DNA of 64,000 nucleotides from an uncultured Bacteriovoracaceae bacterium (GTDB lineage Bacteria; Bdellovibrionota; UBA2394): NCBI GenBank assembly GCA_964601045.1, contig CAZRLF010000003.1, positions 80,210 to 144,209 of the forward strand, read 5' to 3'. Shown piece by piece: positions 55,467 to 64,000 of this stretch (position 1 is its first letter; each line of letters starts with the position of its first letter). The notes under the pieces were generated by a model. It saw only the letters and a program-made list of their open reading frames with translations, ran no database searches and was not told where the DNA came from. The position numbers and the translations under genes were made by a program.

Positions 55467-57827
55467 TTAATCCTCATCACCAAGATCGACACCAAAGGCT
55501 TCTTCAAAGCCTTTGTAAACGCTTTTCAAATATTCGTCGAAATTCTCTGCATGCGTTGGAATTTTTTCGAGAAGCCCATCTAAACCATTTTTTAAATAAA
55601 CTGTCTTAAGATCCGCAGGGATATGATCACGATCTTTAACAATTACTCCCTTCTTTTCTAAGAGATTTGAAATATTAATCATAAATTCGTAAGCGAAAGC
55701 TTCCTGAATGATCACAAATAATTTTATTCTTTCACGAAGGTCTGCTTTCATGGGGCCACTTATATAGCGAAAATCTTCGGATTCAAAACTACCGATTTTC
55801 TTCTCTAAATATTTGGCCTGCCCTTTCGTACGAACGGAATGTCTCAATTCATGAAACAGAAAGAATAAATTTGTCTTTGCGCTTGGAATAATCGTAAAGC
55901 CCTTAGCGTTAAGAGAGTTAAAATTAAAGAAGTCTTTCCATGACAAAAAATAAGTTCGATTCTCTTCACCTAAACCGATACTTACTCCTGCTTCGTTTGC
56001 AGTATTGATCAAATCCTCAATACTCGGCGAAATTTTCGAGAAAAGCTTTAAAGCTGCTTCCAATTCTTTATCGGTGGCTATACCGTTATCTAACGTCCTT
56101 TGCAATTCGGCGGCCGAAACCAGTGGTGCAGATTCAAGCATTATATTTTGATTGTTAGATTGTACAGAACCCGAACTCGTAATCTTACCAAAAGACTCTA
56201 GCTGATCTTTCATAATAATCCCGTCTGCGAAAGACCCAGAAAAAACCTTTCCTTCTGATGTAATTGATATCGAGTGAATTCCAGCACGAGATGATTCAGA
56301 AATATCCATATGCTTCTGAAATGCTGGCAAATCTCCATCACTTGCCCAAGTAAAAATAAAATTCTTTAGATCAAGCATCGCTCTTCTACCCTGCTCGGTT
56401 CCTACAACTAAATATTGTAAATCTGAAGAGACAGCTGCAGATTTAAATCGATCGAGATTATCCGATTTCTCATATTTATCTATCGAATATTTTTTTAAGA
56501 CATTAATCGTTGTTCCTTTTAGCCTCAAAATCTCAATCGCTTGATGACTTACAAATGCAAATAAGTTTGGACCAATATACTCCAAATAAACTCCTTCACC
56601 TTTTGAATTAAATTCCGCCATCAATTTTTGATCTTTAAAAAGGCCAATTTCTGACTCCCATTTTTTATCAAGATGAGATTTTCTAGATTTCATCAATACC
56701 CCGAGAATCGATCGATCTGGTGAAATAGCCATTGCTTGGTATTTTGAAATTGCTTTTCCATAAAAAAGAATCGGCTCCATCTTAGAAAAAACAGATAATT
56801 TTTTATTTTTCAATTTAAGATAAATGATGAATCCTAGTGGGCTGCCAGGTGATGTCTTAACTTTTTTATATAATCCCACCGGCTGCTTTATAAATTCAAA
56901 TTTTGGCGTGTTTTCTACAGGATGCAAATCAACATAAACAACGGCCAATTCAGAATTTGAAAGCCATCGTGCATCAACAATTTGTCCATGATCAATCGAA
57001 CTTAGCGAATCTAATAAACGAATATCTGTTTCGGCCACTAACTTTTTAGAATCCGCATCCCAGATGGCAAAAAAATCTTCAGAACTACCCCATCCTGCTA
57101 AAAGTTTGGAATTCGGAGAAAACACCGTATCTGATAAAAACCATCCAACATCAGTTGTCGGATGAAGCTCTTGAGCTTTTACAATGCGCTTGACCGCATC
57201 TGGTGATTCAAAACCTACTTCAGAAGTCTTTGTCGCTAAATCAACCAGGTGAAGCTTACTTGAAACCGAACCAGAAAGATAAGCCATCTTGCGAGCATCG
57301 GGACTCACTGTAAATCTTCTCGCTACTGGATCAAGTTCAACCAAATGCGAAAGCCCATAGCCGCTCTGCTGCTGAATAAAAAATTTAATTCTAATCAGCC
57401 TCATCAAACTCGACCTTAGATTCTTCAAAAGACCAAAATTATCTTTTAACTTATGAGGAACGATATCATAAATTGATCTGAGTTCGGCCGTAACACTCGG
57501 CTCATTAAATTGAAGGGGAAGATTGAAAATTGATTCAACAGAATCTGAAGTATTTGCTGGGTCTGCTAAGTAAATCAAAGCCGGTAGACTCAAATTCTTA
57601 ACAACTGAGCGATAATGGACTTCGATTTTTTCTGGATCAAAACTATTTCTCAAACTTTCAAGCGAAGAAGAAGACTCGCTCAAAAACTGCATGCTCTCTC
57701 TGCAAATTGAAACGCGCGAAAATTTGTCAGATGCATCAAGTGAGATTGGCGAAACAGCCATTAAAACCAAGACAATCTCTGTACTGAAAACACGCCTTCG
57801 CACTTTATTGTATTGTGCAATATGCAT
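55467..57827 (-). CDS. Secreted protein with beta-propeller-like repeats and C-terminal HE-x-RH domain
   Basis: Central region with WD40/TolB-like repeat character (..VGWFLSDTVFSPNSKLLAGWG..FAIWDADSKKLVAE..). C-terminal FLFHELRHSVRTKG ... IIQEAFAYEFM resembles the domain in 22595-23809. Lies immediately upstream of paralog B2 on the same strand, separated by a terminator. Confidence 0.45.
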   Translation of the reverse strand: MHIAQYNKVRRRVFSTEIVLVLMAVSPISLDASDKFSRVSICRESMQFLSESSSSLESLRNSFDPEKIEVHYRSVVKNLSLPALIYLADPANTSDSVESIFNLPLQFNEPSVTAELRSIYDIVPHKLKDNFGLLKNLRSSLMRLIRIKFFIQQQSGYGLSHLVELDPVARRFTVSPDARKMAYLSGSVSSKLHLVDLATKTSEVGFESPDAVKRIVKAQELHPTTDVGWFLSDTVFSPNSKLLAGWGSSEDFFAIWDADSKKLVAETDIRLLDSLSSIDHGQIVDARWLSNSELAVVYVDLHPVENTPKFEFIKQPVGLYKKVKTSPGSPLGFIIYLKLKNKKLSVFSKMEPILFYGKAISKYQAMAISPDRSILGVLMKSRKSHLDKKWESEIGLFKDQKLMAEFNSKGEGVYLEYIGPNLFAFVSHQAIEILRLKGTTINVLKKYSIDKYEKSDNLDRFKSAAVSSDLQYLVVGTEQGRRAMLDLKNFIFTWASDGDLPAFQKHMDISESSRAGIHSISITSEGKVFSGSFADGIIMKDQLESFGKITSSGSVQSNNQNIMLESAPLVSAAELQRTLDNGIATDKELEAALKLFSKISPSIEDLINTANEAGVSIGLGEENRTYFLSWKDFFNFNSLNAKGFTIIPSAKTNLFFLFHELRHSVRTKGQAKYLEKKIGSFESEDFRYISGPMKADLRERIKLFVIIQEAFAYEFMINISNLLEKKGVIVKDRDHIPADLKTVYLKNGLDGLLEKIPTHAENFDEYLKSVYKGFEEAFGVDLGDED

Positions 57828-57912
57828 GCCAAAGATTCCCCTTTAAAACACTTTTCTAGTGGCATTTTGGCCCCCTAAAAAAGGCTGATTCGGACATTTT
57901 TGCCCGAGTTAA

Positions 57913-57940
57913 ATTTGACGTTTTTCATCACCCGTCAAAA
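57913..57940. promoter_or_regulatory. Inverted repeat in divergent promoter region (candidate operator)
   Basis: TTTGACG-n12-CGTCAAA lies between the divergent starts of 55467-57827 and 58034-60514. Confidence 0.2.
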
Positions 57941-58033
57941 TGCCTCCCAAAGCCTTAAGGGCCTTCTTTATGCGACTTTTGCTCGTAAGGCTTGGCATAT
58001 GAATTGCATTCTTTCTAGAGGGGGCAATAGCAG

Positions 58034-60514
58034 GTGAATCGAGCTATTTTCGATCAATTTTTACCGACATTATTTTTAGGCTTTACGCTCGGACTCGTCG
58101 GTTGCGCAGGACCTTCGGATGTCGAATTCACGCCAACTGACGACGACCCAAATCAACTCGCTGCTAAGCAGAATGCAAATAATATTCCCTCCCCAACACC
58201 AAGTCCGACACCTCCTGCCGCGCCGGTTATTGATGAAAATCCTCAGCCCATGCCTCCGGCCGCAGCGAGTAATCTGCTAGCCATGGCTACTTCGGTTTCA
58301 CAGATTAATTTAGCTTGGACGGATAATTCATCAAACGAAACTGGATTTAAAATTGAAAGGTCGACATCGGCAACAGGCCCGTTCTCAGTCATTGCTACTG
58401 TGGCAGCCGATATAAGTTTGTATTCAAACACCGGCCTCAATGCTTCGACGCCATACTACTACCGAGTTAAATCTACAAACGCTGTCGGAGATGCTACTGC
58501 TTCAAATCAAGTCTCGGCAACCACTCAAACTCCCGTGGCTAATCAGCCTCCCATCGTAAACGCTGGTCCGGATCAGACGATTACACTGCCCTCAATGGCA
58601 AGTTTATCGGCAACAGTGACAGATGATAATTTACCTGTGAGATCTACTCTTACATACGCCTGGGCAAAAATTTCTGGCGCAGGATCTGTTGTTTTTTCTT
58701 CAGCGACTTCAAGGCAAAGTACTGCATCCTTTAGCGCAGCAGGAACCTACGTTCTCAAAATGACTGCGAGCGACTCAGCTCTTTCAAGTTCAGATGAAAT
58801 TCAAATTATCGTGAATTCAGCTCTTCCGTCAGACTCCAATTTGATTCCTACCTCAGATATCATCGATTGGAGCAATGCAGGAATTTTAAAACCCGATGGA
58901 ACTGCGGGAATTCCCACTAGCACTCGCTGCGCGACTCTTGATGCTGCCACAGCCAATCTTGATACGATCAACCTGGCGATCAAACAGTGCTCAAACTCTT
59001 CGGCAGCAATCAGTACAAATAAAGAGGTTTATCTTGGGCCTGGAACCTATAACCTTGTAAAAACGGCATCTCATCCGGATGGCACCATTAAATTAAATTG
59101 TAGCTCTTCAAATCTCGCTAACTGTGCTCGCAATGTCACTCTAAGAGGAGCTGGCCCCAACCAAACGATTTTAAAATTTCCTGATGCAGGCTCTGGCAGA
59201 GGAGATATTGGAATCATCGGATCAGGAAGCATCACCGCCGGTTTTAATAATGTAAGCGGCTATATAAATCTAGGCGGAGCTTCACAACCAGATGTTTACA
59301 ACAAAGGCGATACAACTCTCATTCTTGCAACTTCAGGAATCAACGCCGGCGATATTCTGCAAATTGACCAAACCAATGACAATATCGATGTCACCGTAAA
59401 TACCGGATCAAAATGCAGTAGCTGTAGTCGAAATTCTGGCGAACGGTCTCAACAGCAGTGGGTAAAAGTAGTTAGAATTATCGATGCAAATCATCTCGAA
59501 ATTTCTCCAGGTCTTTATATGTCTAACTGGAAGAAGGAGCGCAGCCCTCAAGCTAAAGTATGGAAAGATTTTGTGGAGATGGTCGGAATTGAAGATCTAA
59601 AAATTGAAAACACTAAAGCCATGTCAAATATCATGATCTCGCATGCCTACAATTGTTGGGTTAAAAATGTGCGTTCTGAAAACAGCGAACGAGCTCACGT
59701 ATGGATGATGGAAGGTGCGCGTCTTGAACTGCGTCAGAATTATTTTTACGAAACCAATGTGCCGACGGGAGATAATCGGGGAATTTTTAGAATCGCAGCA
59801 TCGGATGATCTTTATATTGATAATATTTTTGAAGGGGTACCACAGACTATTTCGCTCTGGGCTGTATATGGCTCGGTGATTGCATATAATTTTTTAACAT
59901 ATATGCAAAATGGGGTTTCAAGTATGTCTGCAGGCCTAGCTCCTGAGGGCGGTGGCTCGGCGATGAATCTTTTTGAAGGCAATTTTTCGAATGGAATTAA
60001 TTTTAATAATCTTCACGGAAGCAATTGGCACAATACCGCCTTTAAGAATAGATTAGTGGGATACGAAAGAAATAAAATCCAAGTAACGATTCCCGTCGTG
60101 AATGGAATCTTCAATCGCTACCAAAACATTATCGGAAATATTCTTGGCAAAGATGGATTTCATACTAACCTCGATGCAACAAATACGGCTCAAATTCACA
60201 CGTCTATTTACTCTTTCGGTTTTGGATACGAGAGAGTGAGCACAGATTTAGGATATGATCCTCTAAGTTTAAGTACCGTCAATCGCAAAATGAACTACGA
60301 TTACAAAACGAAGGGAATACAACTTGGTAGTGGAGAGAATCTTGTCACGCTCCCCGACTCGCTCGTTTTTTCGGCTCGCCCTGATTGGTGGGATCGCCCC
60401 ATTTGGCCGCCATTTGATCCGCGCAATCCGAGCGCGTCGGACTATAAAAATCTACCTGCGGGAAATCGATGGGCCCTCGCTAATCCAGGTGCCGTCCCTA
60501 CCGAACTTCAATGA
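58034..60514 (+). CDS. Secreted lipoprotein with FN3 domain, Ig/PKD-like domain and right-handed beta-helix (pectate-lyase-fold) region
   Basis: GTG start. Lipobox LGLVGC. Pro-rich linker. FN3-like segment (INLAWTDNSSNETGFKIERS...TPYYYRVKSTN). PPIVNAGPDQTITLP segment. Beta-helix-like repeats (NCWVKNVRSENSERAHVWMMEGARLELRQNYFYE...). Confidence 0.55.
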   Translation: MNRAIFDQFLPTLFLGFTLGLVGCAGPSDVEFTPTDDDPNQLAAKQNANNIPSPTPSPTPPAAPVIDENPQPMPPAAASNLLAMATSVSQINLAWTDNSSNETGFKIERSTSATGPFSVIATVAADISLYSNTGLNASTPYYYRVKSTNAVGDATASNQVSATTQTPVANQPPIVNAGPDQTITLPSMASLSATVTDDNLPVRSTLTYAWAKISGAGSVVFSSATSRQSTASFSAAGTYVLKMTASDSALSSSDEIQIIVNSALPSDSNLIPTSDIIDWSNAGILKPDGTAGIPTSTRCATLDAATANLDTINLAIKQCSNSSAAISTNKEVYLGPGTYNLVKTASHPDGTIKLNCSSSNLANCARNVTLRGAGPNQTILKFPDAGSGRGDIGIIGSGSITAGFNNVSGYINLGGASQPDVYNKGDTTLILATSGINAGDILQIDQTNDNIDVTVNTGSKCSSCSRNSGERSQQQWVKVVRIIDANHLEISPGLYMSNWKKERSPQAKVWKDFVEMVGIEDLKIENTKAMSNIMISHAYNCWVKNVRSENSERAHVWMMEGARLELRQNYFYETNVPTGDNRGIFRIAASDDLYIDNIFEGVPQTISLWAVYGSVIAYNFLTYMQNGVSSMSAGLAPEGGGSAMNLFEGNFSNGINFNNLHGSNWHNTAFKNRLVGYERNKIQVTIPVVNGIFNRYQNIIGNILGKDGFHTNLDATNTAQIHTSIYSFGFGYERVSTDLGYDPLSLSTVNRKMNYDYKTKGIQLGSGENLVTLPDSLVFSARPDWWDRPIWPPFDPRNPSASDYKNLPAGNRWALANPGAVPTELQ

Positions 60515-60516
60515 GA

Positions 60517-61590
60517 CTACTGTACATCATTCCATACGAGAAAAAAATCTGCGGCCCGTTTGAATCTAGCCAATTTTTCTTTTTCAGCATCAGTAAACTT
60601 AAGATCTTCAGTTTTTGAAAAACCTTGAATTTCTTGCCATATCTTTTTGGCCTCTAAAAGTATTTTTGTTGTATCTTCTTTTGGACCAAGTTTTGCATCT
60701 TGATAAAGATTGGCCGCAGCAACAGTAACAAAGAGTGCCATTGTCGAATAAGATTCCTTATCGTTAGAAGACTGTGCGGATGAAAATGCTCCGAGCATCG
60801 CTGACCGAAATTGTTCAAAAGGAGGGCCAATAAAAATTCTAAAATAATCTGGAAAATCCTTAAGAGATAAATTCGGATGATTTACAAAAAGGGCAGAGTT
60901 TCTTAATGCAAATAAAAGCTCGACAGCCTGGTTATAAAGAAACCGATCTTCATTACTAAGAAACTGACCTTTAAGATCTTCGGCAATTTGATAAACATTC
61001 GTTGGTACATCAGTCTTTTCAACTTGAAACAAGCTTCTTGAGTTATTGTCTGAACTAACTTTGTAACTCACTGTTTTGCGATTAAGCTTATATTTCCAAG
61101 TGAAAGACACTTCCCAAAAATAAGCTTTTGGTTCGTTCTTTTCATACCGGACCAATACCCCACTTCGAACTCGCTCCATCGAATTTAAAACATAGCCGCC
61201 ATAAGTATCAAAACGCACCAAGATCGGCAGCTTGTTACTCTGATCGTCGGCATCAAACCCTATGTGCTGAGCTTCAACAAACTTACCCACTCTCTCTGAC
61301 TCTGCCATATGAACTAGACCTTCGAGATTACCGAGAACATCTTGAAGACTCTTTTCAGCTTCGGCAGAGGTTTTGAAGTCGACGGAAGTCAAAGTATGCG
61401 ACTTTTCTTGAGGTTCATTGACAACCGAAATAACCCGAACTGGGGTGGCGTATTGGAAGGCTGGATCTACTGCCGGCCACTCAAGTCCAGATACTCTATT
61501 TAATAAAGGAATGAGCGATGCTGCTTGACTATGGCTAGTTGCTAGAAGACAAATCCCTAGAAAAAAAATAAAGCTTTTTAAAACCTTCAT
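60517..61590 (-). CDS. Hypothetical secreted protein (~357 aa)
   Basis: Start taken at the internal Met (MKVLKSFIFFLGICLLATSHSQAA, cat at 61588-61590), with a strong SD AAGGAGG upstream on the minus strand. Confidence 0.5.
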   Translation of the reverse strand: MKVLKSFIFFLGICLLATSHSQAASLIPLLNRVSGLEWPAVDPAFQYATPVRVISVVNEPQEKSHTLTSVDFKTSAEAEKSLQDVLGNLEGLVHMAESERVGKFVEAQHIGFDADDQSNKLPILVRFDTYGGYVLNSMERVRSGVLVRYEKNEPKAYFWEVSFTWKYKLNRKTVSYKVSSDNNSRSLFQVEKTDVPTNVYQIAEDLKGQFLSNEDRFLYNQAVELLFALRNSALFVNHPNLSLKDFPDYFRIFIGPPFEQFRSAMLGAFSSAQSSNDKESYSTMALFVTVAAANLYQDAKLGPKEDTTKILLEAKKIWQEIQGFSKTEDLKFTDAEKEKLARFKRAADFFLVWNDVQ

Positions 61591-61784
61591 AGACCTCCTT
61601 AATTCCCCCTCATTTTTTAAATGAAAGTATGAACAGCTATTCTCGACTCCACCGAATTTGTATACAGAGATCAACTAATAGTTGAAGGGCTTGACCGCAA
61701 GTCGGGTGTGCAATATCCCTAGGCTCGATTTAAATCGATTAACACCTTGAAGGGTAAAAAAGAACATATTGGAATAAAAAACCT

Positions 61785-62588
61785 ATGCCTAACTTCAACA
61801 AATATGAACTCTACGAAGCCTCCGTCTCAGATGCAAAATCTGACGTAAAACTTTTTAGAAAAATATTTTATTCTATTTTTAAGAAATATCCGGTCACTTA
61901 CCGTGAGGATTTTTGTGGCACGTTTTTACATTCGGCGGAATGGATTAAGCTTGATCCCCGAAATAAGGCGTGCGCAATTGATCTCTCGTTAGAGCCTCTG
62001 AAGTACGGCCTCAAAACTCATCGCTCAAAACTTTCAAGAGATCAAAAAGGCCGACTGCGCATTTTAAAAAGAGATGTTCTGGTCGGAACTCGAAGTAAAT
62101 TTGATCTTATTAGCGCTATGAATTTTTCATACTCCTGCTTAAAGCAGCGAGAGGTTCTCAAAAAATATTTTCAAACCGCATACCGCTCTCTTAATTCAAA
62201 GGGCTTGTTTTTAATTGATGCTGTGGGTGGAACTCAACTTCAAGAACCCAGCATAGAAAAACGACGAATAGACTGGGGAAAGAAAAAACCATCACTCATC
62301 TTTTACTGGGAACAGAAGAACTTTGATGCAATTCAAAACCAAGCAAAATTTTCAATCCATTTTAAAGTTGGTAAATCAAAACGACGAATCAAAAACGCCT
62401 TCACTTATGACTGGCGTCTCTGGACACTCCCCGAAATTCGAGAACTAATGCTCGAAGTCGGCTTTAAAAAAGCTGAGGTCTACTGGGAAGGAACCACTAG
62501 AAAAGGCGAAGGCAATGATGTGTTTTCTAAAGCCGAACATCAGGAAAACTGCGAAGTCTGGATCGCTTATATTGCCGGAATAAAATAA
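61785..62588 (+). CDS. Hypothetical cytoplasmic protein (weak SAM-methyltransferase-like motif)
   Basis: 267 aa with no signal peptide. EDFCGTFLHS faintly resembles methyltransferase motif I. Not conclusive. Confidence 0.3.
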   Translation: MPNFNKYELYEASVSDAKSDVKLFRKIFYSIFKKYPVTYREDFCGTFLHSAEWIKLDPRNKACAIDLSLEPLKYGLKTHRSKLSRDQKGRLRILKRDVLVGTRSKFDLISAMNFSYSCLKQREVLKKYFQTAYRSLNSKGLFLIDAVGGTQLQEPSIEKRRIDWGKKKPSLIFYWEQKNFDAIQNQAKFSIHFKVGKSKRRIKNAFTYDWRLWTLPEIRELMLEVGFKKAEVYWEGTTRKGEGNDVFSKAEHQENCEVWIAYIAGIK

Positions 62589-62847
62589 TTGAGCATCAGC
62601 CCCGGACTTCATCGACACTATGACAGGCGTTAGCTGCAAGTGCCCACCTAGGCACTCTCAAAAATTGCAATAATTATAAATACTTAGACATTTCGATCCG
62701 ACTTAAAGCCTCACGCGTTCTCAGTTTCAAGATTTTGGCCTCGACAAAAGTCTGCCAGTCAGATTTTAAAGACAGTTCATTGCTCGGGCTAAAGGTAATT
62801 GAAGCGGTGAAATTATAAATTTTTAGAAACGAAAGGCGTATGCAAAA

Positions 62848-64000
62848 TGCTTAGAAACGTTTTACTTATCTCAGTCTGTTTAGGTTTTATTACTTCACCC
62901 CTCAGAGCAAATCCCAACGTAGAAGTAAAACGAAACAGCACAAATGATTTTTACATTACCTGGAATGGCGATTCTGAAAAACTTTATCAACTCTTTCAAA
63001 CAAATGATTTTAAAAATTGGCTTCCCGTCGGTGGCTTACGCCGAAACTGGGTGAGCGGAACTCATATTAAACTTATAAATTCTTCCCCTACTGGTTCTGC
63101 CTGGAAAGTAAGAGAATATCTTCGATCTTCTCCTGTTAAACCAAAAATCACGCTTTTAACTTCTCTCGATCCTGTTTTTTCGGGTCGAGTGAATTTTAAA
63201 GTCGAAACACAAATCGACTCTCAAAAACGAGGCCTTCTTACTGAGATGATTGTCGACGGAAAATCCGTCGCAACAAACAATTATACTTTTGATGATAAAC
63301 GCGTTCATACATTTACATTAAACACCAAACTTTACGCTAACGGCCGTCACACTTTACAGTTTCGGGTAGTCGATAGTGATGAAGTCTTTGAACAGTCATC
63401 CGTGACTACTGAACGTGTGACCTTTCGCGTAAAAAACCTCCTCTCTGCTCCTCAATGGAATTCTCGCAATACAAGTTCACGATTTGAACTCGCATTTAAT
63501 TTAAACTCTGCCGATCCTCGTGGATTTTCGGCAGCACGCGTGACAATTACTGATCGTCAAGGTCACGTTTGGTTTGATGGTGTTAAATCGTTGCCACCGG
63601 CTTCACTTCCAAATGCTAAATTACAAATTAAACCGAGCGATCTTATTCCACCTGCCTCATCTCCTCTCGAAAATCCTGCCAAGAAGCCTCTCAAGATTCG
63701 CATTCGCGCAGAAGGTGGCCAGATCGCACCAGTTCCTTTAATCACCGCTGCAAGTGCCGGTCCTCGTCCTCCGCAAGAAGCTAACCCAAACGATGAAGAT
63801 GAAGACGAACTCAATCTTGATTATGGAGATGAGGATGTTGTTTTATCAGAAATCGAGAATCTCATGAGTGGTCCTGACCCGGTTGTTCCGGCAACCAGTG
63901 GCTACTACAATGCGTATTATGATCTTATGGCTATCTCTCCCGACGTTAGCTTATCTGATATTCATGATTGTATTGCCCCCTACGACGAAGCAAAATACCA
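62848..64000 (+). CDS. Secreted protein, 5' partial (runs off the window end)
   Basis: ATG at 62848 gives signal peptide MLRNVLLISVCLGFITSPLRA. The frame stays open to position 64000. It is not in the supplied ORF track because no stop falls inside the window. Confidence 0.5.

Noticed and set aside
62589-62847. Intergenic GTGCC-caccta-GGCAC hairpin as terminator or ncRNA
   Set aside because: Only a 5-bp stem with no adjacent U-tract. Too weak to call.
63563-63814. 83-aa minus-strand ORF (MSSSSSSSFGLASCGG...)
   Set aside because: It lies entirely antisense within the long open plus-strand frame 62848->64000, which has a proper signal peptide. Low-complexity translation. Likely spurious.
1-64000. 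CRISPR arrays, tRNA/rRNA genes, integrases, transposases, phage structural genes
   Set aside because: I scanned for regularly spaced direct repeats, cloverleaf-sized GC-rich segments and DDE/tyrosine-recombinase motifs and found none. The only regular repeats seen are the four 42-bp-spaced sites at 38858-38982, which are too few and too short for CRISPR.

Overview
This 64 kb window looks like a low-GC chromosomal segment from a predatory or host-associated Gram-negative bacterium, possibly a Bdellovibrio-like organism (low confidence). About 45 CDS have mostly short gaps between them, and more than half carry N-terminal signal peptides or lipoboxes. I found no rRNA, tRNA, CRISPR array, integrase or transposase. 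A housekeeping block on the minus strand can be named with confidence: pgpA-cinA, an alpha-1,3-fucosyltransferase (GT10), an OmpA-like lipoprotein, metG and pckA. The same holds for a PhoX-type Tat-exported phosphatase, an XRE/cupin regulator, a CPBP protease, an M20 dipeptidase, a divergent response-regulator / sensor-kinase pair and an IHF/HU protein. The rest is accessory-like secreted cargo: a giant FN3/Ig-repeat adhesin-like protein (1,733 aa), a 1,023-aa secreted protein with an aromatic C-terminal tail, an FN3 plus beta-helix lipoprotein, a PLD-superfamily enzyme, several HExxH proteins, and three tandem Cys-rich paralogs. The main finding is a four-member paralog family of 816-968-aa secreted proteins (28884-31541, 33242-36148, 36148-38820, 52872-55322). 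All four share a roughly 200-aa N-terminal module with nucleotidyltransferase-like motifs (F-G-G-T ... [SD]-D-A-D-[IL]-[IV]). All four also share a central module whose signature matches the PARP / diphtheria-toxin / Tpt1 NAD+-binding fold (YHGTRT-E-F-x-I-x-QG-x-P ... G-x-G-hY), with the catalytic-Glu position apparently not conserved. Three members are clustered, two overlap by 1 nt as a start/stop operon, and HExxH-motif secreted proteins sit next to them. I interpret this as a candidate, possibly undescribed, family of secreted ADP-ribosyltransferase-like effectors. That call rests only on motif recognition by eye. Other oddities are four 42-bp-spaced palindromic TATAGC repeats upstream of the B1-A2 operon, terminator hairpins lying inside the last codons of two genes, and palindromes in divergent promoter regions.
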